From assembly GCA_963842755.1 (NCBI GenBank), contig CAWJIC010000033.1:66452-130451 (forward strand): a stretch of 64,000 nt of DNA, written 5' to 3'. The notes beneath the pieces were generated by a model. The model was given only the letters and a program-made list of their open reading frames with translations, was not told the origin of the DNA and made no database searches. This document shows, piece by piece, positions 37,697-47,261 of the stretch. The DNA is from an uncultured Chloroflexia bacterium. Its GTDB lineage: Bacteria > Chloroflexota > Limnocylindria > Limnocylindrales > CSP1-4. Numbering within the stretch: position 1 is the stretch's first letter; each line of letters opens with the position of its first letter. The translations under genes and the position numbers were made by a program.

Positions 37697-38272
37697 TCAG
37701 CCGATCGCGTGGTGCGTTCGGCAGCGGGCCTCGTAGCGCTCGTCACCGATCCCGCCGATGACCACGAGCGGGTCGTCGCGGCTGGCCGGCCGCCCGTCGA
37801 CGAGCCGCTGCGTTCGCGACGCCTCGCCGCCGCAGACCATGCAGATCGCCGAGAGCATGACGACCTCCTCGGCCAGCGCCAGGAGTTCCGGCATCGGCCC
37901 GAATGGGCGGCCGAGGAAGTCGCGGTTCAGTCCGTCGACGATGACCGCCCGGTCGCGGTCCGCCAGCCGCTCGCAGACATCGACGAGCCCGCGGTCGAAG
38001 AACTGACCCTCCTCGATCGCCACGACGTCCGCCCGGGTCTCGGCCACGACCGGCTCGATCTCGGTCGAGTCCCGGACCGGGCGAGCGGGGAAGGCGACGC
38101 CGAACCGGCTGCGCACCGTCTCCGGCTCCGTCCGGTCGTCGAGCGCCGGCCGGATGAGGACCACTCTGCGCCGGGCGATCCGGGCGCGCTCGCACTGGCG
38201 GATGAGCTCCGCGGTCTTGCCCGAGAACATCGGGCCGGTGATGACGGTGATCGAGCCGCGCGGGGTGAACAT
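37697..38272 (-). CDS. tdk: Thymidine kinase
   Basis: GPMFSGKTAELI P-loop, AIEEGQFF, and C-terminal Zn Cys (CMVCGGEA ... ARC). Confidence 0.9.
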   Translation of the reverse strand: MFTPRGSITVITGPMFSGKTAELIRQCERARIARRRVVLIRPALDDRTEPETVRSRFGVAFPARPVRDSTEIEPVVAETRADVVAIEEGQFFDRGLVDVCERLADRDRAVIVDGLNRDFLGRPFGPMPELLALAEEVVMLSAICMVCGGEASRTQRLVDGRPASRDDPLVVIGGIGDERYEARCRTHHAIG

Positions 38273-38340
38273 CGTGCGGAGGGTACCGCGTCGGGGCGGC
38301 GACCGGCGCGCTACGTCCGGAAGCCGACGACCATGCCCCG

Positions 38341-38565
38341 TTTGCGCTTGACGAATGAACTCGACACGAGGGACGCCGATCCGGTCGGATCTGTTCGCAT
38401 GACGCATGGATCGTGACGATCTTTGCGCCAGACGAATGACCTCGACGGTTCTGGCGTCGGCGCGGTCACGTTCATTCGTGTGACGAAAGGGCCACGGGGG
38501 CTCGGCCCGGCGAGGGCAGCCCCGGCTCGGCGAGGGCAGCCCCGGCCCAGCGAGGGCGGCCACGG
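38341..38565. repeat. Intergenic repeat cluster: 25-bp imperfect direct repeat tttgcgcNNgacgaatgaNctcgac (38341-38365, 38421-38446), an inverted partial copy (about 38468-38485) and about 3 imperfect tandem copies of a ~21-bp unit cggcgagggcagccccggc (about 38500-38565)
   Basis: Read from the sequence. The repeats lie upstream of tdk and downstream of the VIT1 gene. Confidence 0.6.
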
Positions 38566-38587
38566 TCCGTCGCCGGCGGGAGAGCGG

Positions 38588-39337
38588 CTACGCCTGGACG
38601 CCCACGAAGGCGCCGACCGCGTACGTCACGGCGGCCGCGACGCCGCCGAGGGCGACCTGGCGGACCGACGAGTAGAGCGCGGGACGGTGGGTCAGGCGGC
38701 TGATCCCGTAGCCCAGGAACGCCAGTGCCGCGAGGCTGACCCCGAGGCTGACGTTGAACGCCGGTTGACTCGACAGAAGCAGGTAGGGCACGAGCGGGAC
38801 GAGGGCGCCCAGCGTGAACGCCAGGAACGAGCCGATCGCCGCGCTCAACGGCGACCCGATCGAGCGGGCATCGAGGCCGACCTCCTCGTGGAGCAGGAGC
38901 GAGACCGCGTGGTCCGGATCGGCGAAGACCCGGTCGACGAAGTGGTCGGCCTCGTCCGGGGTGAAGCCCCGCGAGCGGTAGATCCCGGACAGGATCGCCC
39001 GCTCCTGGTCCGGCGTCTCGCGCAGCTGCCGCCGCTGGAACGCGGTCTGGTGGGCGAGGAGCTCGTGCTGCGACTGGACCGAGATGTACTCGCCCACGCC
39101 CATGCTGAAGGCGCCGGCGAGCAGCCCGGCGATCCCCGCCAGGACGATGACGCCCGGCGCCGGAGCGGCGCCCGCCACGCCCATGACCAAGGCCAGGTTG
39201 CTGACGAGCCCGTCGTTTGCTCCGAAGACGACCGGGCGGAGGATCCCGTTCGCGCGCGACTCGTGCGGGTTGGCCGGCTCGCGGCCGTCCATCCCCGCCA
39301 GGTCCGGAATACGGCGGAAGACGATCGATCGGATCAC
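38588..39337 (-). CDS. VIT1/CCC1-family iron/manganese transporter
   Basis: FGANDGLVSNLALVMGVAG, GEYISVQSQ, and C-terminal TM helices. Start is GTG 39337 (after GAGGAA) or ATG 39292. Confidence 0.8.
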   Translation of the reverse strand: MIRSIVFRRIPDLAGMDGREPANPHESRANGILRPVVFGANDGLVSNLALVMGVAGAAPAPGVIVLAGIAGLLAGAFSMGVGEYISVQSQHELLAHQTAFQRRQLRETPDQERAILSGIYRSRGFTPDEADHFVDRVFADPDHAVSLLLHEEVGLDARSIGSPLSAAIGSFLAFTLGALVPLVPYLLLSSQPAFNVSLGVSLAALAFLGYGISRLTHRPALYSSVRQVALGGVAAAVTYAVGAFVGVQA

Positions 39338-39608
39338 GCCTGTTCCTCGAGATGGGGTCGGTCCGCGGATCGCGCGACCGGCCGGATCGTCGCAGCGGAC
39401 GACTGCGCCGTACAAGGGCCGATCGGCCCGACGAGGCTGACGGGGCGGCGGGGTCGCGCGTCGATCGGCCCGGGTTCCCCCGGACTGCCCCGGGATCCGG
39501 AGACTGCGGAGGCCATCGGCGGTGATCGCGGCTGCGCCGAGAGGCGTACCGTGGGACCCAGCGGAGATCGCGGCCTCCCGCGTCGCGACCCAAGCCCAGC
39601 AGGTCCCC

Positions 39609-41474
39609 ATGCACCGGTTCCGTCACCTCGGGTTGCAGAAACGGATCATGCTCTACGTCGCCCTGGGGCTCGCCGTGATGTTCGGTGTCGTCGCGGTGCT
39701 TGGCCTCGACGCGATCGACGAGGCGACCCGGCTCGTGTACCACGAGCGGCTCAGCACTGCTCACACGACGGCGGGCATCTTCGAGCGGGACTTCGCCCGG
39801 GTCGCCGCCGCGATCGAGGAGGCGCACGCCGAGCTGTTCCCTGGATCGGGATCGCGAGTACCCGCGGGCACCGCGACCCGGCTCCTCGCCCGTTTCCAAC
39901 GCACGCCCGAGGTGTACCCCTTCTTCGCGATCGAGGGAGTCTGGCTCCTCGACGGTGCGGGCCGGCTTCTCGACGAGGCCGGCGCGCCTGACTTCCAGCC
40001 AGGAGCCGGGCAGGTCGTCAGCGCGCGGATCGCCGGGACGCAGGACGGCCGCTTGGCGGTGCTCCCGGCAGCAGGCTCGGCCAGCGGGGCCCAGTCGTTT
40101 GCCGCGCTCACGTTGCGCATCGCCTCGTCCCCGCCGAAGCTCGGACCCATCGTGGTCGTTCACACGGTCTCGCTCAGCCGCGGCGAGCCGTTCGTGCCGG
40201 CCGACCACGGCGAACCCCGGAGACTCGGGGAAGCCGGGCCATCCACCGGGATCACGGATGAATACCATCTCGAGGTCGTTGATCCGGACGGGATCACCCT
40301 GCTTGGGATCGGCACGGACGAGCATCCGGGACAGCCCAGCCCGCATTTCGCCGCGATCCGCGATCTGGTCGCGACCGGCTCCGCATCGACACTGCTGCAC
40401 GATCCGGGGGGCGATGGGGACGGCGCACCACACGTCATGGCCGCCGTCCCGCTCGGCTCCAGCCCGTTCTATGTCGTGCTCGAACAGCCCGTCGACGTGG
40501 CCCTCGCCCTCCCGATCCAGCTCCGTGACCGTCTCTTTCTCTCAATCGGGTTCGGGTTGATCCTGATCCTCGTCGTCGCCTGGATCACCACCCGTCGGGT
40601 CGTCAAGCCGACCGAGCTGCTGATGCGGGCCGCCGAGCGGATGGCTGGAGGTGACCTCGCGAGCCCGATCGAGGTGAGCGCCCAGGACGAGGTGGGCCAG
40701 CTTGCGGAAAGCCTCGAGACGATGCGTCAGCGACTCAACGCTGCCCAGGAGACGATCGAGCACGCGAACCGTGAGCTTGAATCGCGCGTCGCCGACCGGA
40801 CTGCGCGCCTCGGCCAGGTGCTCCGCAAGACGATCTCGGCCCAGGAGGAGGAGCGGCTTCGTCTCGCGCGCGAGCTCCACGACGAGACCGCCCAAGCCCT
40901 CGCCGCCCTCACGATCGCGCTCGACCGGGCGCGCGACGACCTCGAGGCAGGGACCCCCGCTGCCCTGGAGCGGATCGTCGAGGCGCGCGGGATCGCGGCA
41001 CGGCTCCTCGAGGAGATCCGGCGCTTGATCCTCGGCCTGCGCCCGTCGGTGCTCGACGACCTCGGTCTCGTGCCCGCGATCCGCTGGCTCTGCGAGGCGA
41101 GCCTTGCCGACCGAGGCATCGAGGTCTTGATCGAGGCGCAGCCGGCGGGCATCCGGCTTCCCGCTCACATCGAGGTGACCCTCTTCCGGATCATCCAGGA
41201 GGCGGTGAGCAACATTGCCCGGCATGCCGGCGCTGCGCACGTTCGTGTCGGTTTGAGCGTCACGGACGGGAGTGCGCGTGTCACCATCGTCGACGATGGC
41301 GCGGGCTTCGACGTCGCCCGGACGATCGGTCCAGCCGGTTCGGATGGAAGCGTCGGCCTGGTCGGAATGCAGGAGCGCGTCGGGCTGCTCGGCGGGACGA
41401 TCGAGATCCGCTCGGGCGCTGTCACCGGGACCGAGATCGTCGTCGACGTACCGCTTGTGCCGGAGGCAGCCTGA
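39609..41474 (+). CDS. Sensor histidine kinase (HAMP + HisKA_3 + HATPase_c, NarX/LiaS class)
   Basis: Two TM segments flank a large extracytoplasmic domain. HAMP domain, LARELHDETAQALAAL H-box, and N/G boxes. Confidence 0.85.
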   Translation: MHRFRHLGLQKRIMLYVALGLAVMFGVVAVLGLDAIDEATRLVYHERLSTAHTTAGIFERDFARVAAAIEEAHAELFPGSGSRVPAGTATRLLARFQRTPEVYPFFAIEGVWLLDGAGRLLDEAGAPDFQPGAGQVVSARIAGTQDGRLAVLPAAGSASGAQSFAALTLRIASSPPKLGPIVVVHTVSLSRGEPFVPADHGEPRRLGEAGPSTGITDEYHLEVVDPDGITLLGIGTDEHPGQPSPHFAAIRDLVATGSASTLLHDPGGDGDGAPHVMAAVPLGSSPFYVVLEQPVDVALALPIQLRDRLFLSIGFGLILILVVAWITTRRVVKPTELLMRAAERMAGGDLASPIEVSAQDEVGQLAESLETMRQRLNAAQETIEHANRELESRVADRTARLGQVLRKTISAQEEERLRLARELHDETAQALAALTIALDRARDDLEAGTPAALERIVEARGIAARLLEEIRRLILGLRPSVLDDLGLVPAIRWLCEASLADRGIEVLIEAQPAGIRLPAHIEVTLFRIIQEAVSNIARHAGAAHVRVGLSVTDGSARVTIVDDGAGFDVARTIGPAGSDGSVGLVGMQERVGLLGGTIEIRSGAVTGTEIVVDVPLVPEAA

Positions 41475-42125
41475 GTGGCGATTCGCGTTTTCGTCGTCGA
41501 TGACCACACCCTGGTGCGCCAGGGAATCGTCGGCCTGCTCGAGAGTCAGCCCGACATCGAGGTCGTCGGTCAGGCCGGCAGCGCCCAGGAGGCGTTCGCG
41601 GCGATCCCGTCGGCCTCGCCTGACGTCGTGCTCATGGACATCGCGATGCCCGGCCAGAGCGGTCTCGACGCGACCCGTGAGATCCGGGAACGGTTCCCCT
41701 CGGCTCAGGTCCTCATCGTCACGATCCACGACCGGGAGGATTACCTCTTCCAGGCGCTCCGCGCCGGCGCCGCTGGGTACGTCCTCAAGGGCGCCGAGGT
41801 TCAGGACCTGCTGTCGGCGGTTCGGACGGCCTACCGCGGCGAGGTCTATCTCTTCCCGAGCGTCACGAAGAAGCTGGTGGCCGACTACCTGCGCCGCAGC
41901 CAGGCCGGCGAGGATCGGACGACGTACGACGGGTTGACCGACCGCGAGCGGGAGATCCTCGCGCTGATCGCCCAGGGCCTCACGGCGAACGAGATCGCGA
42001 CCGCGCTCTTCCTGAGCCCACACACCGTGCAGTCGCACCGGGATCACATCATGACCAAGCTCGGCCTGCACTCGAAGGCGGCACTCATCAAGTACGCCAT
42101 CTCGCGGGGCCTCATCGAACTGTAG
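41475..42125 (+). CDS. Response regulator, NarL/LuxR family
   Basis: VFVVDDH...DVVLMDIAMPG receiver domain and a C-terminal LTDREREILALIAQGLTANEIA HTH. Confidence 0.9.
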   Translation: MAIRVFVVDDHTLVRQGIVGLLESQPDIEVVGQAGSAQEAFAAIPSASPDVVLMDIAMPGQSGLDATREIRERFPSAQVLIVTIHDREDYLFQALRAGAAGYVLKGAEVQDLLSAVRTAYRGEVYLFPSVTKKLVADYLRRSQAGEDRTTYDGLTDREREILALIAQGLTANEIATALFLSPHTVQSHRDHIMTKLGLHSKAALIKYAISRGLIEL

Positions 42126-42167
42126 CGGGCGGCCCGTCCTCGGGACCGGTTCGGCTTGGCCGCCCGC
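42125..42167 (+). terminator. Hairpin gcgggcggcc(N23)ggccgcccgc after the response regulator
   Basis: 10-bp GC stem read from the sequence, with no U tract. Confidence 0.3.
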
Positions 42168-42314
42168 GGGCGCCTTCGTGCGCCATCCCTCGTATCGCCC
42201 ATCCCGATTGGGTCGTGTGCCCCATGTCCGTTCCCGGCGCTGGCGGGATTCCCGCCGGCGGGCCGGCGCCGGATGCTGTGAGTACCGGCGCCAGACCGGC
42301 ATGGGAGACCAGCC

Positions 42315-42545
42315 ATGATCAAGCCCACCCTCGCGATCTGCGACGCCTCCATCCTCGGCGCCGGGGCGAAGCGGTTCCAGTTCGATTGCGTCCACGGGCG
42401 AACGTCGACGGTCCTTCTGCCCGGCCGCGGGCCCCATGGCTACGCGGTCGCGCTCGATGTGCTCATCGTCCGCCACGAGCGTCAGCACGGCTGCGCTTGC
42501 CCGAGGAGCGTTGGGTCTCTCGCCCTCCCCATGGCTCAGGCGTGA
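42315..42545 (+). CDS. Hypothetical small protein (76 aa)
   Basis: Strong GC third-position bias, GGGAGA upstream, and a non-repetitive sequence (MIKPTLAICDASILGAG...). I recognise no family. Confidence 0.3.
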   Translation: MIKPTLAICDASILGAGAKRFQFDCVHGRTSTVLLPGRGPHGYAVALDVLIVRHERQHGCACPRSVGSLALPMAQA

Positions 42546-42595
42546 AGCAACGACCAAGCATCCCTCATTCCAACCCCAGGTACCACAGGTAAACC

Positions 42596-43606
42596 ATGAG
42601 ACGCACCGCACCTGTTCCGACAGCCCTCATCGGCTTGACGCTCGTTGTCGCCGCCTGCTCGGGGGCAGGCGTTGCTGGCGCCAACGAGTCGGCCGCGCCG
42701 TCGGCCGTCCCATCCGCCGCCCAGGTGCCGGCGACCGTCCCGCCCACCACTGCGGCTCCGAGCCAAGCTCCCGCCGCGGAGCAGTACGTCGAGAATGCGG
42801 CCGAGTTCGTCGAGGCGGCCAACTGGGACACCAGGAAGACAATCACCGTCGAGCTCTCCGAGTACGCCTTCACGCCGAAGGAGATCACCCTCGAGGCCGG
42901 CCAGCCGTATGTCCTCGAGGTCGTCAACACGGGCGAGCTCAAGCACGAGTTCACCGCCGGGGACTTCTTCCGGACGGTCGCGACGCGCAAGGCCGAGACC
43001 GCCGAGACCGAGGTGAAGGTGCCCTTCTTCACCGAGATCGAGGTCTTCGCCGGCAAGAAGGCCGAGATCTTCCTGATCCCGCTCATCCCGGGCACCTACA
43101 AGTTGGTCTGCGAGATCGAAGGTCATTCCGAAGCCGGGATGATCGGCACGATCACCGTCACCGGCCGGACCCCGTCCTCCCCGGCGATCAAGCTCGCCGA
43201 CGTCGCCGCGGGACCATGGGCGAAGGATGGGCCCGCCCTCGTGGAGGCGGCCAACTGGGACACCATGAAGACCGTGACCATCGAGCTCTCCGAGTACGCC
43301 TTCACGCCCAAGGAGATCACCCTGACCGCCAGCCAGCCGTACGTCGTCAAGGTGGTCAACAAGGGCAAGGTCAAGCACGAATTCACCGCCGAGGACTTCT
43401 TCGGCCTGGTCGCCTTCCGCAAGGCCCAGGACGCCTCGGGCGAGTTCAAGGCCTGGGCTCCCCGCGAGGTCGAGGTCTTCCCGGGCAAGGAGGTCGAGCT
43501 CTACCTGATCCCGACACAGGCCGGGACGTACAAGCTCGTCTGCGAGATCGAGGGTCATCTCGAGGCGGGCATGTCCGGCACGATCACGGTGACAGCCGCA
43601 CCGTGA
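42596..43606 (+). CDS. Lipoprotein with two tandem cupredoxin (type-1 copper, plastocyanin/azurin-like) domains
   Basis: LTLVVAAC lipobox. The module is duplicated: EAANWDT.KT.T.ELSEYAFTPKEITL...KHEF...GTYKLVCEIEGH.EAGM.GTITVT. The putative ligand pattern His...Cys-x4-His-x4-Met appears in each copy. Confidence 0.8.
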   Translation: MRRTAPVPTALIGLTLVVAACSGAGVAGANESAAPSAVPSAAQVPATVPPTTAAPSQAPAAEQYVENAAEFVEAANWDTRKTITVELSEYAFTPKEITLEAGQPYVLEVVNTGELKHEFTAGDFFRTVATRKAETAETEVKVPFFTEIEVFAGKKAEIFLIPLIPGTYKLVCEIEGHSEAGMIGTITVTGRTPSSPAIKLADVAAGPWAKDGPALVEAANWDTMKTVTIELSEYAFTPKEITLTASQPYVVKVVNKGKVKHEFTAEDFFGLVAFRKAQDASGEFKAWAPREVEVFPGKEVELYLIPTQAGTYKLVCEIEGHLEAGMSGTITVTAAP

Positions 43607-43660
43607 TCTGACTCGGATGGAACCTCGGATGCCCGTCACCGCACCAGGTGGCGGGCATCT

Positions 43661-43762
43661 CTACGCTCGCAGGGCGAACGCCACGACCGCCCCGAGCACC
43701 AGCGCGAGCACCAGCGCGACGGCGACCGTCAGGCCGAGCACGAGTACCCATCGCCGGGACAC
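43661..43762 (-). CDS. Possible 33-aa single-TM peptide downstream of the LCP gene
   Basis: GTG-initiated ORF VSRRWVLVLGLTVAVALVLALVLGAVVAFALRA. It is too short for the ORF track and I see no RBS, so support is weak. Confidence 0.2.
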   Translation of the reverse strand: MSRRWVLVLGLTVAVALVLALVLGAVVAFALRA

Positions 43763-43781
43763 CGCCCGTTCCCGGGTCCGG

Positions 43782-45365
43782 TCAACCGCAGGGACCCAGG
43801 CCGCCACCATCCGGCGTCTCCGTCGGCAACGGCGATGGAGCGGGTCCGGCGAAGACCGTGCGGACGACCCGCCGGATCCGGCCGATCTCGTCGTCGGTCA
43901 GGTGCGCGGGGTAGGCCGACGGGGCGAACAGGATCGTCTTCACCTGCCGGGTGTTCGTCCGGGCGGCAAGGCTGAACAGGCTGGGGAGGTCCTTCGGCGA
44001 GAGGTTCGTCCAGAGGTCGTCCCGGGCGATCTTGAGGAGCTTCGCGATGTTCGGGATGAGCGTGCACGGGTTCAGGTCGCGACGGATGGCCAGGAGCATC
44101 GCCTGCTGGCGCTCCATACGGCCGTAGTCGGAGTCCTGGTGGCGCGACCGGACGTACATCAGGGCCCGATGGCCGTCGAGGTGCTGGCGCCCGGCCGGGA
44201 AGTAGATCTGTACCAGCCCCGAGCCGTCCTCGAGCGGATACATCATGTCGTGGAGCGGCTCCGGGATCGTGATGTCGACCCCGCCGATGGCATCGACCAG
44301 CCGGACGAACCCGGCCAGGTCCACCACCGCGATGCCGTCGAGGTGGACGCCGGCGAGCGTCTCGATCGCGCCGCCGACCGCCCGGAAGCCCCGGGTCCGC
44401 CCGCCCGGGAACTGGTCCGGATGGGCGTTGGCATAGACGTACAGCGCGTTGAGCAGCCCCGGGAAGCGACCCCCGGGAACGGCCCCCGCGGTCTCCGCCG
44501 GAAGCGGCACCCCGACCATGTTGCGCGGGAAGCCGAACATCGCCGCGCGCCCCGAGGCGACGTCGACCGACAGCAGGATCATCGTGTCGGTCCGCAGGCT
44601 CCAGCGATCCGGCCCGGCGTCCGAGCCGATGAGCAGCAGGTCGAGCCGCCCGTTCGCCGCCCAGGCCGGCGTGGGGCCCGGCGTCGCGGTGGGCGTGGGG
44701 CCGGGCGTGGCGGTGGGCGTGGGGCCGGGCGTTGGGCTGGCGGAGGGGCTCGGTGAGGAGCTGGGCAGGGACGTCGCAAACGGCGGGCCGCTCCCGGCCG
44801 GCCCCGGCGTCGGCGTCGCGATCGCGGCGGGGGAGGCGGTCGACTCCGGCTCTTCGGGGGGCAGCAGGCCGCCGATCCCCTCGTCCGGTCCGCCCGGCGC
44901 GAGGACGGCGATGATCGTGTCGCGCGTGTCGAGGATCACTGCGTCGACGACCACGTGGGGGACCAGGATGAACAGGGCGAGCATGGCGGCCAGGGCGAAC
45001 CTCGCCGAGCGGGCCCGCCCGACGGTCGGCGCGAGCCGTTCGGCCAGCACGCCGGTGGCGGCCAGGACCGCGAGCCGGTAGACGCCGACGATCGCGACGA
45101 GCACGGCGAGGACCGCCAGGACATCCGGCGAGAGCGCCTCGCCGATGAGGGACGCCAGATCGGGCGCCAGCCCGACGACGATGACGACCGCCAGGACGAG
45201 CCCGATGACCGGCGCGAGCAGGAGGGCCGCCGTGCTCGGCCGTCCGAGGACGGCGTGTCCGCACCCGGGCAGGATCGCGGCGGCGACAAGGGCAAGCCAG
45301 GCCGGGCCGTGAACCCTCACGGCCGGCGCCGGAGCACCTGGCTCGGTCACCGCGCGGTCGGGCAT
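43782..45365 (-). CDS. LytR-CpsA-Psr (LCP) family protein with N-terminal multi-TM region and Pro/Thr linker
   Basis: LRTDTMILLSV, PRNMV and RSRHQDSDYGRMERQQ LCP motifs, plus a (TPGPTPTA)n linker. Confidence 0.85.
   Translation of the reverse strand: MPDRAVTEPGAPAPAVRVHGPAWLALVAAAILPGCGHAVLGRPSTAALLLAPVIGLVLAVVIVVGLAPDLASLIGEALSPDVLAVLAVLVAIVGVYRLAVLAATGVLAERLAPTVGRARSARFALAAMLALFILVPHVVVDAVILDTRDTIIAVLAPGGPDEGIGGLLPPEEPESTASPAAIATPTPGPAGSGPPFATSLPSSSPSPSASPTPGPTPTATPGPTPTATPGPTPAWAANGRLDLLLIGSDAGPDRWSLRTDTMILLSVDVASGRAAMFGFPRNMVGVPLPAETAGAVPGGRFPGLLNALYVYANAHPDQFPGGRTRGFRAVGGAIETLAGVHLDGIAVVDLAGFVRLVDAIGGVDITIPEPLHDMMYPLEDGSGLVQIYFPAGRQHLDGHRALMYVRSRHQDSDYGRMERQQAMLLAIRRDLNPCTLIPNIAKLLKIARDDLWTNLSPKDLPSLFSLAARTNTRQVKTILFAPSAYPAHLTDDEIGRIRRVVRTVFAGPAPSPLPTETPDGGGLGPCG
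44671..44735 (-). repeat. 24-bp tandem repeat (about 2.7 copies) encoding the TPGPTPTA linker of the LCP protein
   Basis: Read from the sequence. Confidence 0.8.
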
Positions 45366-45458
45366 CAGGACCAGTCTGAACCGGGTGGTTGCGCCGTCAA
45401 GCGGCGGTCGGCCCGATCGGCGGTGCCCCTCTGCGCTCGGCCGGGACCCTGCGCGCGG

Positions 45459-47261
45459 TCAGCCTCGCGGGGTGGGCCGCTCGCGCCGGACATCGAGGCG
45501 CTTGCCCTTGATCGTGGTGGCCCGCAGGGCGGCCACGATCCGGTCGGCAGCGGCTTCCGGGACCTCGACGAGCGAGTAGGCGTCGGCGATCTGGATCGCC
45601 CCGACCGCACGTCCGCCGATGCCCGCCTCGTTGGCGATCGCACCGACGAGATCCGCCGGCCGGATCCCGCTGCTTCGACCTCCACCCACGAAGAGCACCA
45701 CGATGCCCGGCTCGTTCGGGCGCTGTGGTCGGGCCGGGCCGGGGCCCGGACGGCCGGGCGGCCCGAACCCCCGGCCCGGCGGTCCCGGCCGGACCGGCCG
45801 GACCGGCCAGCGCGCCTCGGGGGGCTGTTGCAGGGTCGCCGTCGGGACCTCGACCTCCTCCTCGGACCGGCCGGTCCCGGCGTCCGCCACGCTGACGGCC
45901 GCGAGGGCGATGTCGACGAGGTCGAACTCGTCGGCCAGCGGCTCGATGACGGCCCGGTAGCGGTCCAGCCCGTCGCCCAGCAGCGTCTCGCGCAGGCTCG
46001 CCCGCATGACGTCCAGCCGCCGCTCCTGGAGGTCGGCGACCGTCGGCAGCTTCGCCAGCTCGAGCCTCGACCTCGTGAACGACTCGATGTCCCGCAGGAG
46101 GCGGTGCTCGCGCGGCTCGACCAGGGTGATCGCCATGCCCTCGCGTCCGGCCCGCCCGGTCCGGCCGATCCGGTGGACGTAGGCCTCCGGCGACGCCGGC
46201 ATGTCGAAGTTGACGACGTGGGAGACGTGCGAGATGTCCAGCCCGCGGGCCGCGACGTCGGTGGCCACGAGGAGGTCCAGCGTCCCGTCCCGGAAGCGGC
46301 CCATCACCCGGTCCCGCTGCTCCTGGGACATCCCGCCGTGGAGCGCTCCGGCGTCGTGGCCGCGGCCGGTCAAACCCTCGGCGAGCTCGTCGACGTTCCC
46401 CCGGGTGCGGGCGAAGACGAGCGTCGAGGTCGGGCTCTCGATGTCGAGCAGGCGGCACAGCGCGGCGAGCTTGTAGTTGCGCTGCACGACGTACGCGACC
46501 TGGCGGACCGCCGGCGGAGCCTCGCCCTTGGGGCGCTCGTGGACGACGGTCACCCGCACCGGCTTGCGCAGGTGGCGAGCGGCGATCCGCGCGATCGCGG
46601 GGGAGATCGTCGCCGAGAAGAGAGCCGTCTGTCGCTCCGCGGGCGTCGCTCCAAGGATCGCCTCGAGATCCTCGGCGAAGCCCATGTCGAGCATCTCGTC
46701 CGCCTCGTCGAGCACGAGCAGGCCCACCCGGTCGAGGCGAAGGCTGCCCCGCCGGAGGTGGTCGAGCGCCCGGCCCGGCGTGGCCACCACGATGTCCACG
46801 CCGCGCTGCAGGCCGCGGAGCTGCGGCGACATCGGCTGCCCGCCGTAGATCGGCAGGATCCGCGCGCCGAGGTCGCGACCGTAGCGATGGGTCGCCTGGG
46901 CGACCTGCATCGCCAGCTCGCGGGTGGGCACCAGGACGAGCGCCATCGGACCGGTTGCGTCGCGAGTGCCGGTCGCCACCCGCTGCAGCGCCGGCAGCGC
47001 GAAGGCCGCCGTCTTGCCGGTGCCCGTGGGGGCCTCCGCGAGCACGTCGCGGCCGGCCAGCAGCGGCGGCATCGCTTCGCGCTGGATCGGCGTCGGCTCC
47101 TCATACCCCAGCGCGGCGAGGGCCCGGAGCAGGGCCGGATCCAGGCCGAACGCGCCGAAGCCGTCCGCCGCCGGGTCGTCCGCTTCGACGGACGCGTGTT
47201 CCACCGGCTCGAGGTCGGTCAGCGGGGCATCGTTCAGGGCGGTGGAGTGGAGGTCGGTCAC
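45459..47261 (-). CDS. deaD: DEAD-box ATP-dependent RNA helicase (DeaD/CsdA-like with C-terminal RNA-binding extension)
   Basis: Q-motif GYEEPTPIQ, APTGTGKT, DEAD, SAT, HRIGRTGRAG, a Gly/Pro/Arg-rich linker and a DbpA-like tail. GTG start inferred. Confidence 0.9.
   Translation of the reverse strand: MTDLHSTALNDAPLTDLEPVEHASVEADDPAADGFGAFGLDPALLRALAALGYEEPTPIQREAMPPLLAGRDVLAEAPTGTGKTAAFALPALQRVATGTRDATGPMALVLVPTRELAMQVAQATHRYGRDLGARILPIYGGQPMSPQLRGLQRGVDIVVATPGRALDHLRRGSLRLDRVGLLVLDEADEMLDMGFAEDLEAILGATPAERQTALFSATISPAIARIAARHLRKPVRVTVVHERPKGEAPPAVRQVAYVVQRNYKLAALCRLLDIESPTSTLVFARTRGNVDELAEGLTGRGHDAGALHGGMSQEQRDRVMGRFRDGTLDLLVATDVAARGLDISHVSHVVNFDMPASPEAYVHRIGRTGRAGREGMAITLVEPREHRLLRDIESFTRSRLELAKLPTVADLQERRLDVMRASLRETLLGDGLDRYRAVIEPLADEFDLVDIALAAVSVADAGTGRSEEEVEVPTATLQQPPEARWPVRPVRPGPPGRGFGPPGRPGPGPARPQRPNEPGIVVLFVGGGRSSGIRPADLVGAIANEAGIGGRAVGAIQIADAYSLVEVPEAAADRIVAALRATTIKGKRLDVRRERPTPRG

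Noticed and set aside
38500-38565. CRISPR-like array, also considered for the tandem repeats at 2631-2666 and 44671-44735.
   Set aside because: The repeats are short, contiguous tandem units without spacers. Two of the three are in-frame coding repeats (TIQP and TPGPTPTA linkers).
39338-39608. Mn/Fe riboswitch (yybP-ykoY-like) upstream of the VIT1-family gene.
   Set aside because: I could not find the conserved GGGGAGUAG / UUGACA-type cores on the minus strand. Only generic GC palindromes are present.
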